Shown here in pieces: positions 55,761-64,000 of a stretch of 64,000 nt of DNA. Within the stretch, counting starts at the first letter, position 1. Every line of letters begins with the position of its first letter. The stretch spans positions 32,001-96,000 of the IMG/VR virus record IMGVR_UViG_3300049988_000286. The stretch is one strand, 5' to 3'. This stretch comes from a virus. Taxonomy: Duplodnaviria > Caudoviricetes. A program made the translations under genes and the position numbers. Below the pieces are notes generated by a model that made no database searches, was not told the origin of the DNA, and was given only the letters and a program-made list of their open reading frames with translations.

Positions 55761-56075
55761 ATGTCTAGGCCGAAACCAACCGTTATTCTTTCCCACTCCG
55801 TTCCCTTTACGGGAAAGACGGAGCAGGTCTTGGCTGCAACCGCCATCTACGCGGTGTTCTACGATGGTCGGCCCATCAACGTGAAGAGCACCCTGCCCAA
55901 TCTCGGTATCCCGCAAACCAAATATCGCAAAAGCAGCTTCTCCAATAGCGGCCATGCCTTCAACCTCGCCGAGCGTCTCAACACGATGTTCGCCACCACT
56001 TTATTCAGCGTGGTGCGCCTCACTGCCGGTGAGGTGATGGTCGAGGGCGACGAAGGTGACGAGGATGGCCTTTGA
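55761..56075 (+). CDS. hypothetical late protein
   Basis: TAAATA at 55733, GAGGT SD; SFSNSGHAFNLAERLN. Confidence 0.75.
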   Translation: MSRPKPTVILSHSVPFTGKTEQVLAATAIYAVFYDGRPINVKSTLPNLGIPQTKYRKSSFSNSGHAFNLAERLNTMFATTLFSVVRLTAGEVMVEGDEGDEDGL

Positions 56076-56454
56076 TCGCACCCGCTTCGTCGCAGGACTA
56101 CGTGCCCTTGATCCTGATCAAAACGCCAAAGCATTAAAATGGCTCGTGCGCCTCACCGACGATGAAGTAGTCGCACAGCTTTTCCGGAACGCGCGCGGTG
56201 ATGCGAAGTCCGGACGAGGCAAACTCCTCTCTACGAAGGGCAGGAAATTCCTCAAGCAGGTGTACAACCATTGGGAGGTAACGCTTGATCACGCGATGAC
56301 GGCGCGACAACAACTTCGTTTCGCGCGGGCGTGCCGCCTCCCTTACCACTACACAGAGGTGTCGCTACTCACCTTCGAGGAAGACGTGGGCGTGTGGCTG
56401 TCCCTTATACAGGGCGATATCGATCTGATGGACAATGTGCTGCCGGAATATTGA
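56065..56454 (+). CDS. hypothetical protein
   Basis: coupled ORF. Confidence 0.65.
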   Translation: MAFDRTRFVAGLRALDPDQNAKALKWLVRLTDDEVVAQLFRNARGDAKSGRGKLLSTKGRKFLKQVYNHWEVTLDHAMTARQQLRFARACRLPYHYTEVSLLTFEEDVGVWLSLIQGDIDLMDNVLPEY

Positions 56455-56555
56455 TCACCGAGTAGATTTTTTTGTTGACCCGGCCGGGGATGGTATGAGA
56501 GAGAGGCGTTGCGGATGGGAAAACCCGGCGCGCCTATCAACTCGGAGTATCGAAG

Positions 56556-57965
56556 ATGTCGGACACCACCAGCGTTTCCCCCACCCAGTTGCGGCCGAAG
56601 TCGGTTCGTAACGTCGTTCGTCTCATGACGACCACCTATCTCGCGACCTTCATCTGGGGGTCGCCGGGCATTTCCAAGTCGGCCGTCGCCAAGCAGATCG
56701 CCACCGAGCAGGGTATCGCCTTCGTCGATGTCCGCCTGTCGATGATGGCTCCCACCGACGTGTCGGGAATGCCCTACCGTATCGAGGAGAACGGCGAGAC
56801 GGTCGGCGTCGGCTTCACGCCGCCGAAGATTCTGCCGCGCAATCTCGCGCTGCGCAAGACCAAGACGATCGAGGCAATGCCGACCTTCGTCTCGTTCGAA
56901 GCGAGCAACCCCTTGGGTTCGAACGACATCCGCTACGTCACCGATGTCAAGATCGAGGTCAAGGCGATCAACCGTCCCGGCACTGCGCCGGAAGACATGC
57001 TCACCGCCGAGATCGTCGAGCAGAGCCTCACCGACTTCACGGTGGCGCTCGTCAACGCCAAGGGCGAGTATTCGTCGGGTCAGGTCTTCTACCACATCAC
57101 CGGCGACGCCAAGGCGCTGGTCGCGTTCGAGGAACTCAACTCGGCTCCGCTCGCCACGCAGCAAGCCGCCTACCAGTTCATCCTCGATCGTCGCGTCGGC
57201 GAATACATCGTTCCCGATGGTGTCCGCCTGATCGCGATGGGCAACCGCCAGACCGACAAGGGCCTGACCTTCACCATGCCGTCGCCGCTGGCGAACCGTT
57301 TCGACCATATCGAGATGGTGGTCAACTTCGACGACTGGCAGGAGTGGGCGATCGGCGCAATGGTGCACCCGCATGTCATCGGCTACCTGACCGACAACGC
57401 GATCGACCTCGACCAGTTCAACGCCCAGAACGCCTCGCGGGGCTTCGCGACGCCGCGTTCGTGGACGGCGGTCTCGACCATCCTGCAAGCGCAGGAAGCG
57501 GCGGGCGAGGACAGGAAGCTGTCGCCGAAGGAACTCCTTGCGGTGATCTGCGGCGCGATCGGCGACGGCACCGGGGTGAAGTTCAACACCTTCCGCAAGC
57601 TGATCGACAAGCTGCCGTCGATCGCCGACATCATGGCGGGGCGCGTCACCACGCTGCCCAAGGAGGACGGGGAGAACCCCGCGCTCGCTTACTCGCTCAC
57701 CGTTTCGCTGTGCTACGCGCTGCGGATGGAGAACGATCGCCTCGATGCGGAGGGCAAGTCGGTCGCCGACACCGGTGCGGAGCGCGAGGCGTGGTATAAG
57801 GGGTTCAACAACATCCTCGACTTCTGGATGAAGAACTTCGCGCCGGAGGTTCAGGTCATGGGGATGCGCACCATCCTGACCATCCACAAGCTGCCCGTGA
57901 AGAATCGTGCGAAGCTGCCCAGCCTCATCACCTTCACGAAGCTGAACAGCGATCTGATCCGCTAA
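56556..57965 (+). CDS. MoxR-like AAA+ ATPase with an internal ~90-aa insert
   Basis: GSPGISKS; FEELNSA; AMGNR; PLANRF; TPRSW. Confidence 0.85.
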   Translation: MSDTTSVSPTQLRPKSVRNVVRLMTTTYLATFIWGSPGISKSAVAKQIATEQGIAFVDVRLSMMAPTDVSGMPYRIEENGETVGVGFTPPKILPRNLALRKTKTIEAMPTFVSFEASNPLGSNDIRYVTDVKIEVKAINRPGTAPEDMLTAEIVEQSLTDFTVALVNAKGEYSSGQVFYHITGDAKALVAFEELNSAPLATQQAAYQFILDRRVGEYIVPDGVRLIAMGNRQTDKGLTFTMPSPLANRFDHIEMVVNFDDWQEWAIGAMVHPHVIGYLTDNAIDLDQFNAQNASRGFATPRSWTAVSTILQAQEAAGEDRKLSPKELLAVICGAIGDGTGVKFNTFRKLIDKLPSIADIMAGRVTTLPKEDGENPALAYSLTVSLCYALRMENDRLDAEGKSVADTGAEREAWYKGFNNILDFWMKNFAPEVQVMGMRTILTIHKLPVKNRAKLPSLITFTKLNSDLIR

Positions 57966-57988
57966 CCGAGGTCTCCGAGGAGAAGACT

Positions 57989-58022
57989 GGGTGTCGAAGT
58001 CATGGCTTCGGCACCCTTTTTT
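57989..58022 (+). terminator. intrinsic terminator
   Basis: GGGTGTCGAAG-TCATGG-CTTCGGCACCC-TTTTTT. Confidence 0.85.
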
Positions 58023-58076
58023 CTTGACCCTAGCCACCAGTGTGGCATACAGGGGTGACTATTAGAGAGGTCGTAT

Positions 58077-59432
58077 ATGAACGCGCTAAAGATTCTCGAA
58101 GACGCCCGCACCAAGATGGCCATGTCGGTCACGACACCGACGAACCTGATGAGCACGAAATCGCTCGAAGAGATGCGGACCAAGATCGCCCGCGACATCA
58201 CGCGTGCGCGCATCCAGCTTCTCCTCACCCAGCCGTTCTTCGGCAACATGGCGATGAGCCTTCAGGTGATCCTGACCGATCAGGAAAAGCACGGCTGGTG
58301 CAACACCGCCGCCACCGATGGCAAGCGCCTCTACATGAACATCTTCTTCATCTCGAAGCTGACGTTCGACGAACTCCTGTTCGTCGTCGCCCACGAGGTG
58401 CTCCACGTCGTGTTCGACCACCTGTCGCGTCGGCAGGGTCGCGATCCCGAATACTACAACATGGCGGCTGATTACGTCATCAACTACATCTTGGTGAAGA
58501 ACAAGATCGGCACCATGCCGCCGGTCGGCCTGTTCAGCGAGACGTACAACGACTCCTACAATTCGGAGCAGGTGTACGAGATGCTGAAAAAGGATGAGGT
58601 CGAGATCGAGATGCCCCTCGATCAGCACCTCGACGCCGCCGGTGGCGCGGACGGCAACACCGATGGCGACGGCAAGCAGAAGGGCTCGGGCAAGGGTTCG
58701 ATCAAGGTTCGCGTCAAGGGCAACGGCGACGGTCCCCCGGTCCTCTCCGACGAGGAGTTGGAGGAAATTCGCGCCGAAGTGCTCGCCCGCACCATTCAGG
58801 CGGTTCAGGCCGCTGACGCGCAGGAGAGCGCTGGCTGCGTTCCGGCTGGCGTGCGCCGGATGATCGCCGAGTTGACCGAACCCAAGCTGGACTGGCGCTC
58901 GATGCTCGACGCCACGATCCGGTCCCAGATCAAGTGCGACTACACCTTCACGCAGCTTGCCCGCGTGGAGATCGGTGGCGGCTTCATCTTCCCGGCGGAG
59001 GATGACGATTATGTCGCCGAGGCGGACATCAAGATCGACACCTCGGGCTCGATGGGCGAGGAGTTGCTGCGCGAGATCATGTCCGAGATCAAGGGGATCA
59101 TGACGACGTTCGGGCAGTTCAAGCTGCGCGTCTCGTGCTTCGACGCCAAGGCGTACACGATCCACAACTTCACCGAGCAGAACATCGACGAGATCGACGA
59201 CTTCAAGCTGGAAGGCGGCGGCGGCACCCTGTTCGGCTGCTTCTGGGAGCAGTTGAAGGAGGAGGCGATCATCCCGGAGCGTCTCGTCGTGTTCACCGAT
59301 GGTTACCCCTGCGACTCGTGGGGCGATGGCTTCGAGAACTACTGTGAGACCCTTTGGGTCGTCCATGGTGGCTCGAAGACAAAAGCGCCGTGGGGGACGA
59401 CGGTGTTCTACGAGGACATGCATAAGAATTGA
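58077..59432 (+). CDS. HExxH metallopeptidase-VWA protein (DUF2201-like)
   Basis: AATDG, AHEVLH, IDTSGSM, GGGGT, FTDG. Confidence 0.9.
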   Translation: MNALKILEDARTKMAMSVTTPTNLMSTKSLEEMRTKIARDITRARIQLLLTQPFFGNMAMSLQVILTDQEKHGWCNTAATDGKRLYMNIFFISKLTFDELLFVVAHEVLHVVFDHLSRRQGRDPEYYNMAADYVINYILVKNKIGTMPPVGLFSETYNDSYNSEQVYEMLKKDEVEIEMPLDQHLDAAGGADGNTDGDGKQKGSGKGSIKVRVKGNGDGPPVLSDEELEEIRAEVLARTIQAVQAADAQESAGCVPAGVRRMIAELTEPKLDWRSMLDATIRSQIKCDYTFTQLARVEIGGGFIFPAEDDDYVAEADIKIDTSGSMGEELLREIMSEIKGIMTTFGQFKLRVSCFDAKAYTIHNFTEQNIDEIDDFKLEGGGGTLFGCFWEQLKEEAIIPERLVVFTDGYPCDSWGDGFENYCETLWVVHGGSKTKAPWGTTVFYEDMHKN

Positions 59433-59434
59433 TT

Positions 59435-60181
59435 TTAGCAGGGAGGGTGGTTGCTGTGACCATCCTCCCATTTTGTATGAACACAGTAGCCGCGCGAACG
59501 CAGCAGACGCTCTCGTTCAAGGGTTCGAACATACAACTCGCCCATCGTCTTCTTGGCTTGCGGGTTGAAGAAATCGGGGCGATACATTCGCGGATTGCCG
59601 TGCCAGTAGTTGCCGTAGAACTCATAAACAGTTGAGCCGTCATCGCTCATACCATCGACATACAGCCGCTTGCCGTCGATAGAGATACAGACTTCACGCC
59701 GAGCGATGCCAAGACCGTCTAGCCATTCCGTAGCCGCTTTGCTGTGTCGATGCTGGCGCGTTGTGTTGCGCTCTCTGCTGCCCGTTCGCGCGACGAGGGT
59801 GGCTGTTGCCTTGCCAGCGGCACCCGGAACCTTGTTGGGATTATCAACGCCGTATCTTGCCTTGAGGGTTTCCACACCACGTGCTCGAACGTCATGCCGC
59901 TCGAATCCTGTAGCAACTCCATAATTGCGCAGGTGAGTAGCCGCTGCCTTGGCTCTCCCCGCATTGAACTTCGCTACCTTCTCATCAGAGATGTCTGCGT
60001 TGAAGAGATGCAAGGGGTTGGTAGCACCATAACGAGCTAAATTCTCTCTGCCTCTGCGAGCAATAACTTCTGGGCAACTCAAGTGGTGATCAGCACACTG
60101 CCATCGACCGTCCTTTAACTTTCGGCTCTTTGGTTTGAAAAACACTGCCGGTCTACCGCATCCATGTTCACATTCTTGCAT
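59435..60181 (-). CDS. free-standing endonuclease-like protein (Vsr/DUF559-like C-terminus)
   Basis: YVDG...YEFYGNYWHG...WE; repeated YG..NP; opposite to flanking genes. Confidence 0.6.
   Translation of the reverse strand: MQECEHGCGRPAVFFKPKSRKLKDGRWQCADHHLSCPEVIARRGRENLARYGATNPLHLFNADISDEKVAKFNAGRAKAAATHLRNYGVATGFERHDVRARGVETLKARYGVDNPNKVPGAAGKATATLVARTGSRERNTTRQHRHSKAATEWLDGLGIARREVCISIDGKRLYVDGMSDDGSTVYEFYGNYWHGNPRMYRPDFFNPQAKKTMGELYVRTLERERLLRSRGYCVHTKWEDGHSNHPPC
59441..59474 (+). terminator. intrinsic terminator
   Basis: GGGAGGGTGGT-N7-ACCATCCTCCC-ATTTT. Confidence 0.6.
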
Positions 60182-60255
60182 AGTTCCATCATGCCCTCTC
60201 CCCACCCGTGATTTCAATATTGCGAGCACCACGACCAGCCTCGTAAGATCATCTC

Positions 60256-60519
60256 ATGATCATCGATCAGGCCCGCTTCCGAAAGTTCTCGATTTCGACC
60301 GAGCCTTTGGTCGCCAGCCTGTCCGCTAATCAACCGGCTTTCTGGCCGCTCGATTGGGAGATCGTCAGCGTGGCACCTACCAGTGCCGAGGACGACCTCT
60401 ACGAGCGTGTTTACCAGAACAGCGCGGGGCCGGTCTCGTTCGCGACCTGTCATACTGGCGATGTCCTGATCGCGTTCAGCGATCCCACCGATGCGCTGAT
60501 GTTCAAAGTATCTGTTTAG
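60256..60519 (+). CDS. small paralog-family protein
   Basis: FSDPTDALMFKVSV. Confidence 0.65.
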   Translation: MIIDQARFRKFSISTEPLVASLSANQPAFWPLDWEIVSVAPTSAEDDLYERVYQNSAGPVSFATCHTGDVLIAFSDPTDALMFKVSV

Positions 60520-60531
60520 AGGAAAGTATCG

Positions 60532-61131
60532 ATGACAATGAATCTGATCCCGATGGTGGTTGAACAGGATGGGCGCGGAGAGCGTTCCTACGACCTGATG
60601 TCGCGTCTCCAGAAGGAGCGTATCATCTTCCTCAACGGCCCCGTGGATGATCACATGGCCCATATCGCCACGATGCAGCTTCTATACCTCGACAGCATCG
60701 CGGACACCAAGAAGCCCGAACCGATCAATATCTACATCAACTCCCCCGGCGGCAGCGTCTTGGCCGGGCTGGCTATCGCCGACACCATGGCGAGCGTGTC
60801 GTCCCCTATTGCCACCACCGCAATGGGCATGGCGATGTCGATGGGCGCTTATCTCCTCTCCTGTGGTGATCCCGGTATGCGCTCGGCTACCGAGGGTGTG
60901 CGCATCATGTGCCATCAGGTGTCAAGCGGCACGCGGGGCACAGCGGCGGATATGAAGATCAGCATGGCGGAGACTCTCTACCTCGATGAGTATCTGGCCG
61001 CGCGTCTGGCGAAGAATTGCGGCAAGTCCATCGAGCAGTATCGCCGCGATACCGATCGTGATTTCTACATGAGCGCTGCCGAGGGCGTAGAGTACGGGAT
61101 CATCGACCACGTAATCAAAAACAAGCGTTAA
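60532..61131 (+). CDS. clpP: ATP-dependent Clp protease proteolytic subunit ClpP
   Basis: [24 protein letters not shown] (catalytic Ser), MCHQ, RDFYM. Confidence 0.95.
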   Translation: MTMNLIPMVVEQDGRGERSYDLMSRLQKERIIFLNGPVDDHMAHIATMQLLYLDSIADTKKPEPINIYINSPGGSVLAGLAIADTMASVSSPIATTAMGMAMSMGAYLLSCGDPGMRSATEGVRIMCHQVSSGTRGTAADMKISMAETLYLDEYLAARLAKNCGKSIEQYRRDTDRDFYMSAAEGVEYGIIDHVIKNKR

Positions 61132-61139
61132 GGAGCAAG

Positions 61140-61460
61140 ATGGAAAACAATTACGAGACACTCTCGCGAAAGCACTTCGAACTCACACAGGCGATCAAAA
61201 AGGTCCGCGACTATGCCCATAAGAGCATCGATGCTCTGCTGCGGGGCGAGGAGGTCAAGGAGTGGATCGAGGCCGATACTCTTCGTGCCCTTGGGGAACG
61301 TGAAGTGAAGCTGAAGGCCGAGATGGTCGCAGCAGCGCCGGTGACCAATGAACTGGTCGGGTTCGAGCCCACCACGGTCCCGGAGATCGATCACACCACC
61401 AACATCGTCACGTTCTCGAAGGTGGTTGACGAAGCACTACGAGCCGCACAGAAGGGTTGA
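61140..61460 (+). CDS. hypothetical protein
   Basis: AAGGAG SD. Confidence 0.7.
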   Translation: MENNYETLSRKHFELTQAIKKVRDYAHKSIDALLRGEEVKEWIEADTLRALGEREVKLKAEMVAAAPVTNELVGFEPTTVPEIDHTTNIVTFSKVVDEALRAAQKG

Positions 61461-61744
61461 CCGAACTATGTCATTGTGCTAGGCGCTCTGTTCGGAGACC
61501 TAGCATGAAGATCACTCGAACCTACCAGCGCCGCAACGGCGAGCCGTTTACCGTCGAGGTCATGATCGATCCCGACAAGATCGCCGACGCGATGGCGCAC
61601 CGCATGGCTCGTCAGGGCGTATCTCGCGCTACTGCCTCCAACGGGGGTATCACGGCGGAGGTGCGGGAGAGCGCGTCGGTTTGACAATCACCCGAGCATC
61701 CTTCATGGTAGTGGTTCCATGGAGGTGCTCGGGCTAAATATCCG

Positions 61745-61984
61745 ATGGACTACCAATGCGGCAATCCATCTCCCCAGCTTTTTGCGATTTGGGTGTCAAA
61801 CACCCATTTCATGCTCCCCCTCGCCATAGAATCATGGTGCTTGACCAACTGCGACGGTGACTGGCATCTCGATGCTCGTGCTAACCGTGCCGCTGTCAGC
61901 TTCGCGCTCGACGAGGACGCCACGATGTTCCGCTTGAGCCCATTTCAGCGACATATCCGGAACATCGCATACCTATGCGCTTGA
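61745..61984 (+). CDS. small paralog-family protein
   Basis: SWCLTNCDG...DEDATMFRL; 4 nt after TAAATA. Confidence 0.7.
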   Translation: MDYQCGNPSPQLFAIWVSNTHFMLPLAIESWCLTNCDGDWHLDARANRAAVSFALDEDATMFRLSPFQRHIRNIAYLCA

Positions 61985-62014
61985 CATAAATGCATATTCT
62001 GTCATGAACGCATT

Positions 62015-62266
62015 ATGGTTCCCGACCTTCCCGTAAACGATTATCTCTCCGTGGCGGAGCAGCCACGTAGCGTCATCGTGGGTGATCGCCAGTTCCAGAC
62101 CGACGCCACCACGATAGCGCAAACCTATCCAGTGATCGATCTAGCAACGGTGGTGGGTGTTCGCATCACCTCGCTGTTCTGGGCCGATGCCGGTCTCGCC
62201 CTTGAGTTTCAATCTAACGAAGACCGAGCATTGTACAGTCTGGCCTACGAGGGTGTTCGCGACTGA
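62015..62266 (+). CDS. small paralog-family protein
   Basis: FQSNEDRALYSLAY. Confidence 0.65.
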   Translation: MVPDLPVNDYLSVAEQPRSVIVGDRQFQTDATTIAQTYPVIDLATVVGVRITSLFWADAGLALEFQSNEDRALYSLAYEGVRD

Positions 62267-62277
62267 CTAAATAGTGG

Positions 62278-62559
62278 GTGGAAGTTAACACCTACCTTTA
62301 TGTCATCGCAGCTTCCGAGAGCGGCCCCGTCAAGATCGGTTACAGTGCTGTTCCGGAGAAACGCGTCAGGCAATTACAGACGGGGCATCCCCAGCCCCTC
62401 GCACTCTTCTACCAGCAGGGCACCGATCTCGCATCGGCGAAACTGATTGAGCGTTTGGTCCATCGCACCATCGGCTACCTGCGAAGTCACGGCGAATGGT
62501 TTGACCTCACGGTCGAGGATGCGATAGCGGAAGTGCAAGTCGGACTGATGTCTGCGTAA
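62278..62559 (+). CDS. GIY-YIG-like (T5orf172/MUG113) protein
   Basis: YLYVI...VKIGYS...RVRQLQTG...GEWF. Confidence 0.85.
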   Translation: MEVNTYLYVIAASESGPVKIGYSAVPEKRVRQLQTGHPQPLALFYQQGTDLASAKLIERLVHRTIGYLRSHGEWFDLTVEDAIAEVQVGLMSA

Positions 62560-62577
62560 GCCGACACTGGAGTCGGA

Positions 62578-62991
62578 ATGTGGGTTAAGCAACGAACTAC
62601 CCCAGACTTGTTCATGAAGGATTGGGTTCTGCGATTTCCGTTCGGGCACAAGATGGATACCCATGATTGCGGTCGGGTGATCCAAATCGGAGGAGGAACT
62701 GTTCATTTAGATTTCGGTGACCGGCAATTTGAATTTTGCAAAACGGATATCGTGTTTGGTATCCACTCGGTTACCGGGAAGGAAAGCTTCATCACCGTTG
62801 CGGCGGGAAGGTTCATCTCGGAATATCAGAGCAATCCAACCGGGTTGTCGATGCCGGGTAGCGACCCTGAACTCGACGCCATGGTTGCGATTCTCGATCG
62901 TATTATCGAGGATTCAAATGAAGCTTCAAAGCAACGCCCAGCCCGTCGAGGTAATCGGCGCAGTTTCGGGAAAGACAGCGTTCACGGTTAA
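62578..62991 (+). CDS. hypothetical protein
   Basis: ORF; overlaps the rIIA start. Confidence 0.5.
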   Translation: MWVKQRTTPDLFMKDWVLRFPFGHKMDTHDCGRVIQIGGGTVHLDFGDRQFEFCKTDIVFGIHSVTGKESFITVAAGRFISEYQSNPTGLSMPGSDPELDAMVAILDRIIEDSNEASKQRPARRGNRRSFGKDSVHG

Positions 62992-64000
62992 GCCAACGGC
63001 GAAAGCCTTTGCGGTTTTGTCGTCGAAGTTGTACAAGAATAAGATCGCCGCTATCGTGCGGGAGATTAGCTGCAACGCCTATGATGCCCATATCGCAGCA
63101 GGGACACCGAACCTCCCCTTCGAGGTTCATCTCCCCACGATCTTGGAACCGTGGTTTTCAGTCCGGGATTTCGGTCCCGGATTGTCCCACCAGCAGACCA
63201 CCACGATCTTCACCACCTTCTTCGAATCCACGAAGGAGGACAGCAACGATTACATCGGCGCGCTCGGGTTGGGGTCGAAGTCGCCGTTCAGCTACGTGGA
63301 CAGCTTTGCGGTCTATAGCCACCACAACGGCGTGCGGCGCTCCTACGAGTGCTACCTCGAACACGGCATCCCCCAGCTATCCGTGAAAGCCGAAACGCCG
63401 ACCAACGGCGAGAGCGGCATCGAGGTGAGCCTCGCGGTTCAGCCGGAGGATTTCTACCTCTTCCAGCAGGAAGCAGCGTCGATCTATCGCTGGTTCCGGG
63501 TTCGCCCCGTGATCTTCGGCCAGACAATCGATATTCAGGACTGGATCGAGCCCGAGGGCTGCGGCTGGTCACGCCAGCCACGCTGCCCCAGCGACTATTC
63601 CGCCAGCGCAATCATGGGACAGGTCCGTTATCCCATCGACTCGCACGCGCTGTCATCGGATGTGCGGTGGATGCACAACAACAACATGGTGTTCCACTTC
63701 GACATCGGCGATCTCGACATTCAGGCAGGACGGGAGGAACTCTCCTACGACAAAGCCACTATTGCCGCTTTGGAGGCACGGGTGAGGGAAACTCGTGCCG
63801 AGATCGAAGCCGGTTACGCGGAACTCTTCCGTGACTGTAAGAACATCGTGGACGCGAGCCTGATCGTGCGCGCCAACCCCTCGCCGATGCACAACGTCAT
63901 CGTCCCTACCTTCGGGGGCACGCAGGTGCGGGTCGATTATCTCCAGCGCTGCTTCGACTCCAATGCCTATGGGGGACGAGCGGAAAGCTTCGGCACCCTT
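62918..64000 (+). CDS. rIIA: rIIA-like protein, partial (runs off right edge)
   Basis: LSSKLYKNKIAAIVREISCNAYDAH; RDFGPGL; GALGLGSKSPFSY; FDIGDLDIQAGREELSY. Confidence 0.9.
   Translation, partial: MKLQSNAQPVEVIGAVSGKTAFTVKPTAKAFAVLSSKLYKNKIAAIVREISCNAYDAHIAAGTPNLPFEVHLPTILEPWFSVRDFGPGLSHQQTTTIFTTFFESTKEDSNDYIGALGLGSKSPFSYVDSFAVYSHHNGVRRSYECYLEHGIPQLSVKAETPTNGESGIEVSLAVQPEDFYLFQQEAASIYRWFRVRPVIFGQTIDIQDWIEPEGCGWSRQPRCPSDYSASAIMGQVRYPIDSHALSSDVRWMHNNNMVFHFDIGDLDIQAGREELSYDKATIAALEARVRETRAEIEAGYAELFRDCKNIVDASLIVRANPSPMHNVIVPTFGGTQVRVDYLQRCFDSNAYGGRAESFGTL

Noticed and set aside
56830-57105. Intein in the AAA ATPase
   Set aside because: No Cys/Ser start and no His-Asn end
56349-59471. Long minus-strand ORFs (562 aa and 461 aa)
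   Set aside because: Antisense shadows of the MoxR and VWA genes; expected with strong GC3 bias; no motifs
1-64000. CRISPR array, rRNA, integrase or IS element
   Set aside because: No regularly spaced repeats, rRNA signature or transposase/recombinase motif seen

Overview
A 64-kb segment of a GC-rich (about 60% by eye), T4-like jumbo myovirus. The host is probably an alphaproteobacterium (inference). Recognisable genes: two-subunit type II topoisomerase, rIIA (runs off the right edge), ClpX, ClpS, ClpP, ribosomal protein bS21, MoxR-type AAA ATPase plus VWA/metallopeptidase, SpeD, an aGPT-pyrophosphorylase, two SleB hydrolases, an Smr protein, a thermonuclease, an HD hydrolase, Acb1-like and a second 2H phosphoesterase, free-standing endonucleases, a LOV-histidine kinase-receiver photoreceptor, and a CarF/TMEM189 desaturase broken by a clean 179-bp inversion. 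About 26 small ORFs share one C-terminal motif. A T4-late-like TAAATA box sits 4-5 nt before 15 start codons, which implies leaderless mRNAs. The most striking content is non-coding: (i) a ~2.1-kb minus-strand region without credible genes, full of UUCG/GNRA hairpins and bounded by a promoter and a terminal hairpin, a candidate giant structured RNA; (ii) a circularly permuted tRNA-Ile-like gene clamped by an 11-bp helix; (iii) several other aberrant tRNA-like RNAs (expanded anticodon domain, D-armless, long-arm bodies carrying Gln or Cys anticodons). All calls are by-eye motif recognition; no searches were run. Some small, unremarkable hypothetical ORFs are omitted.
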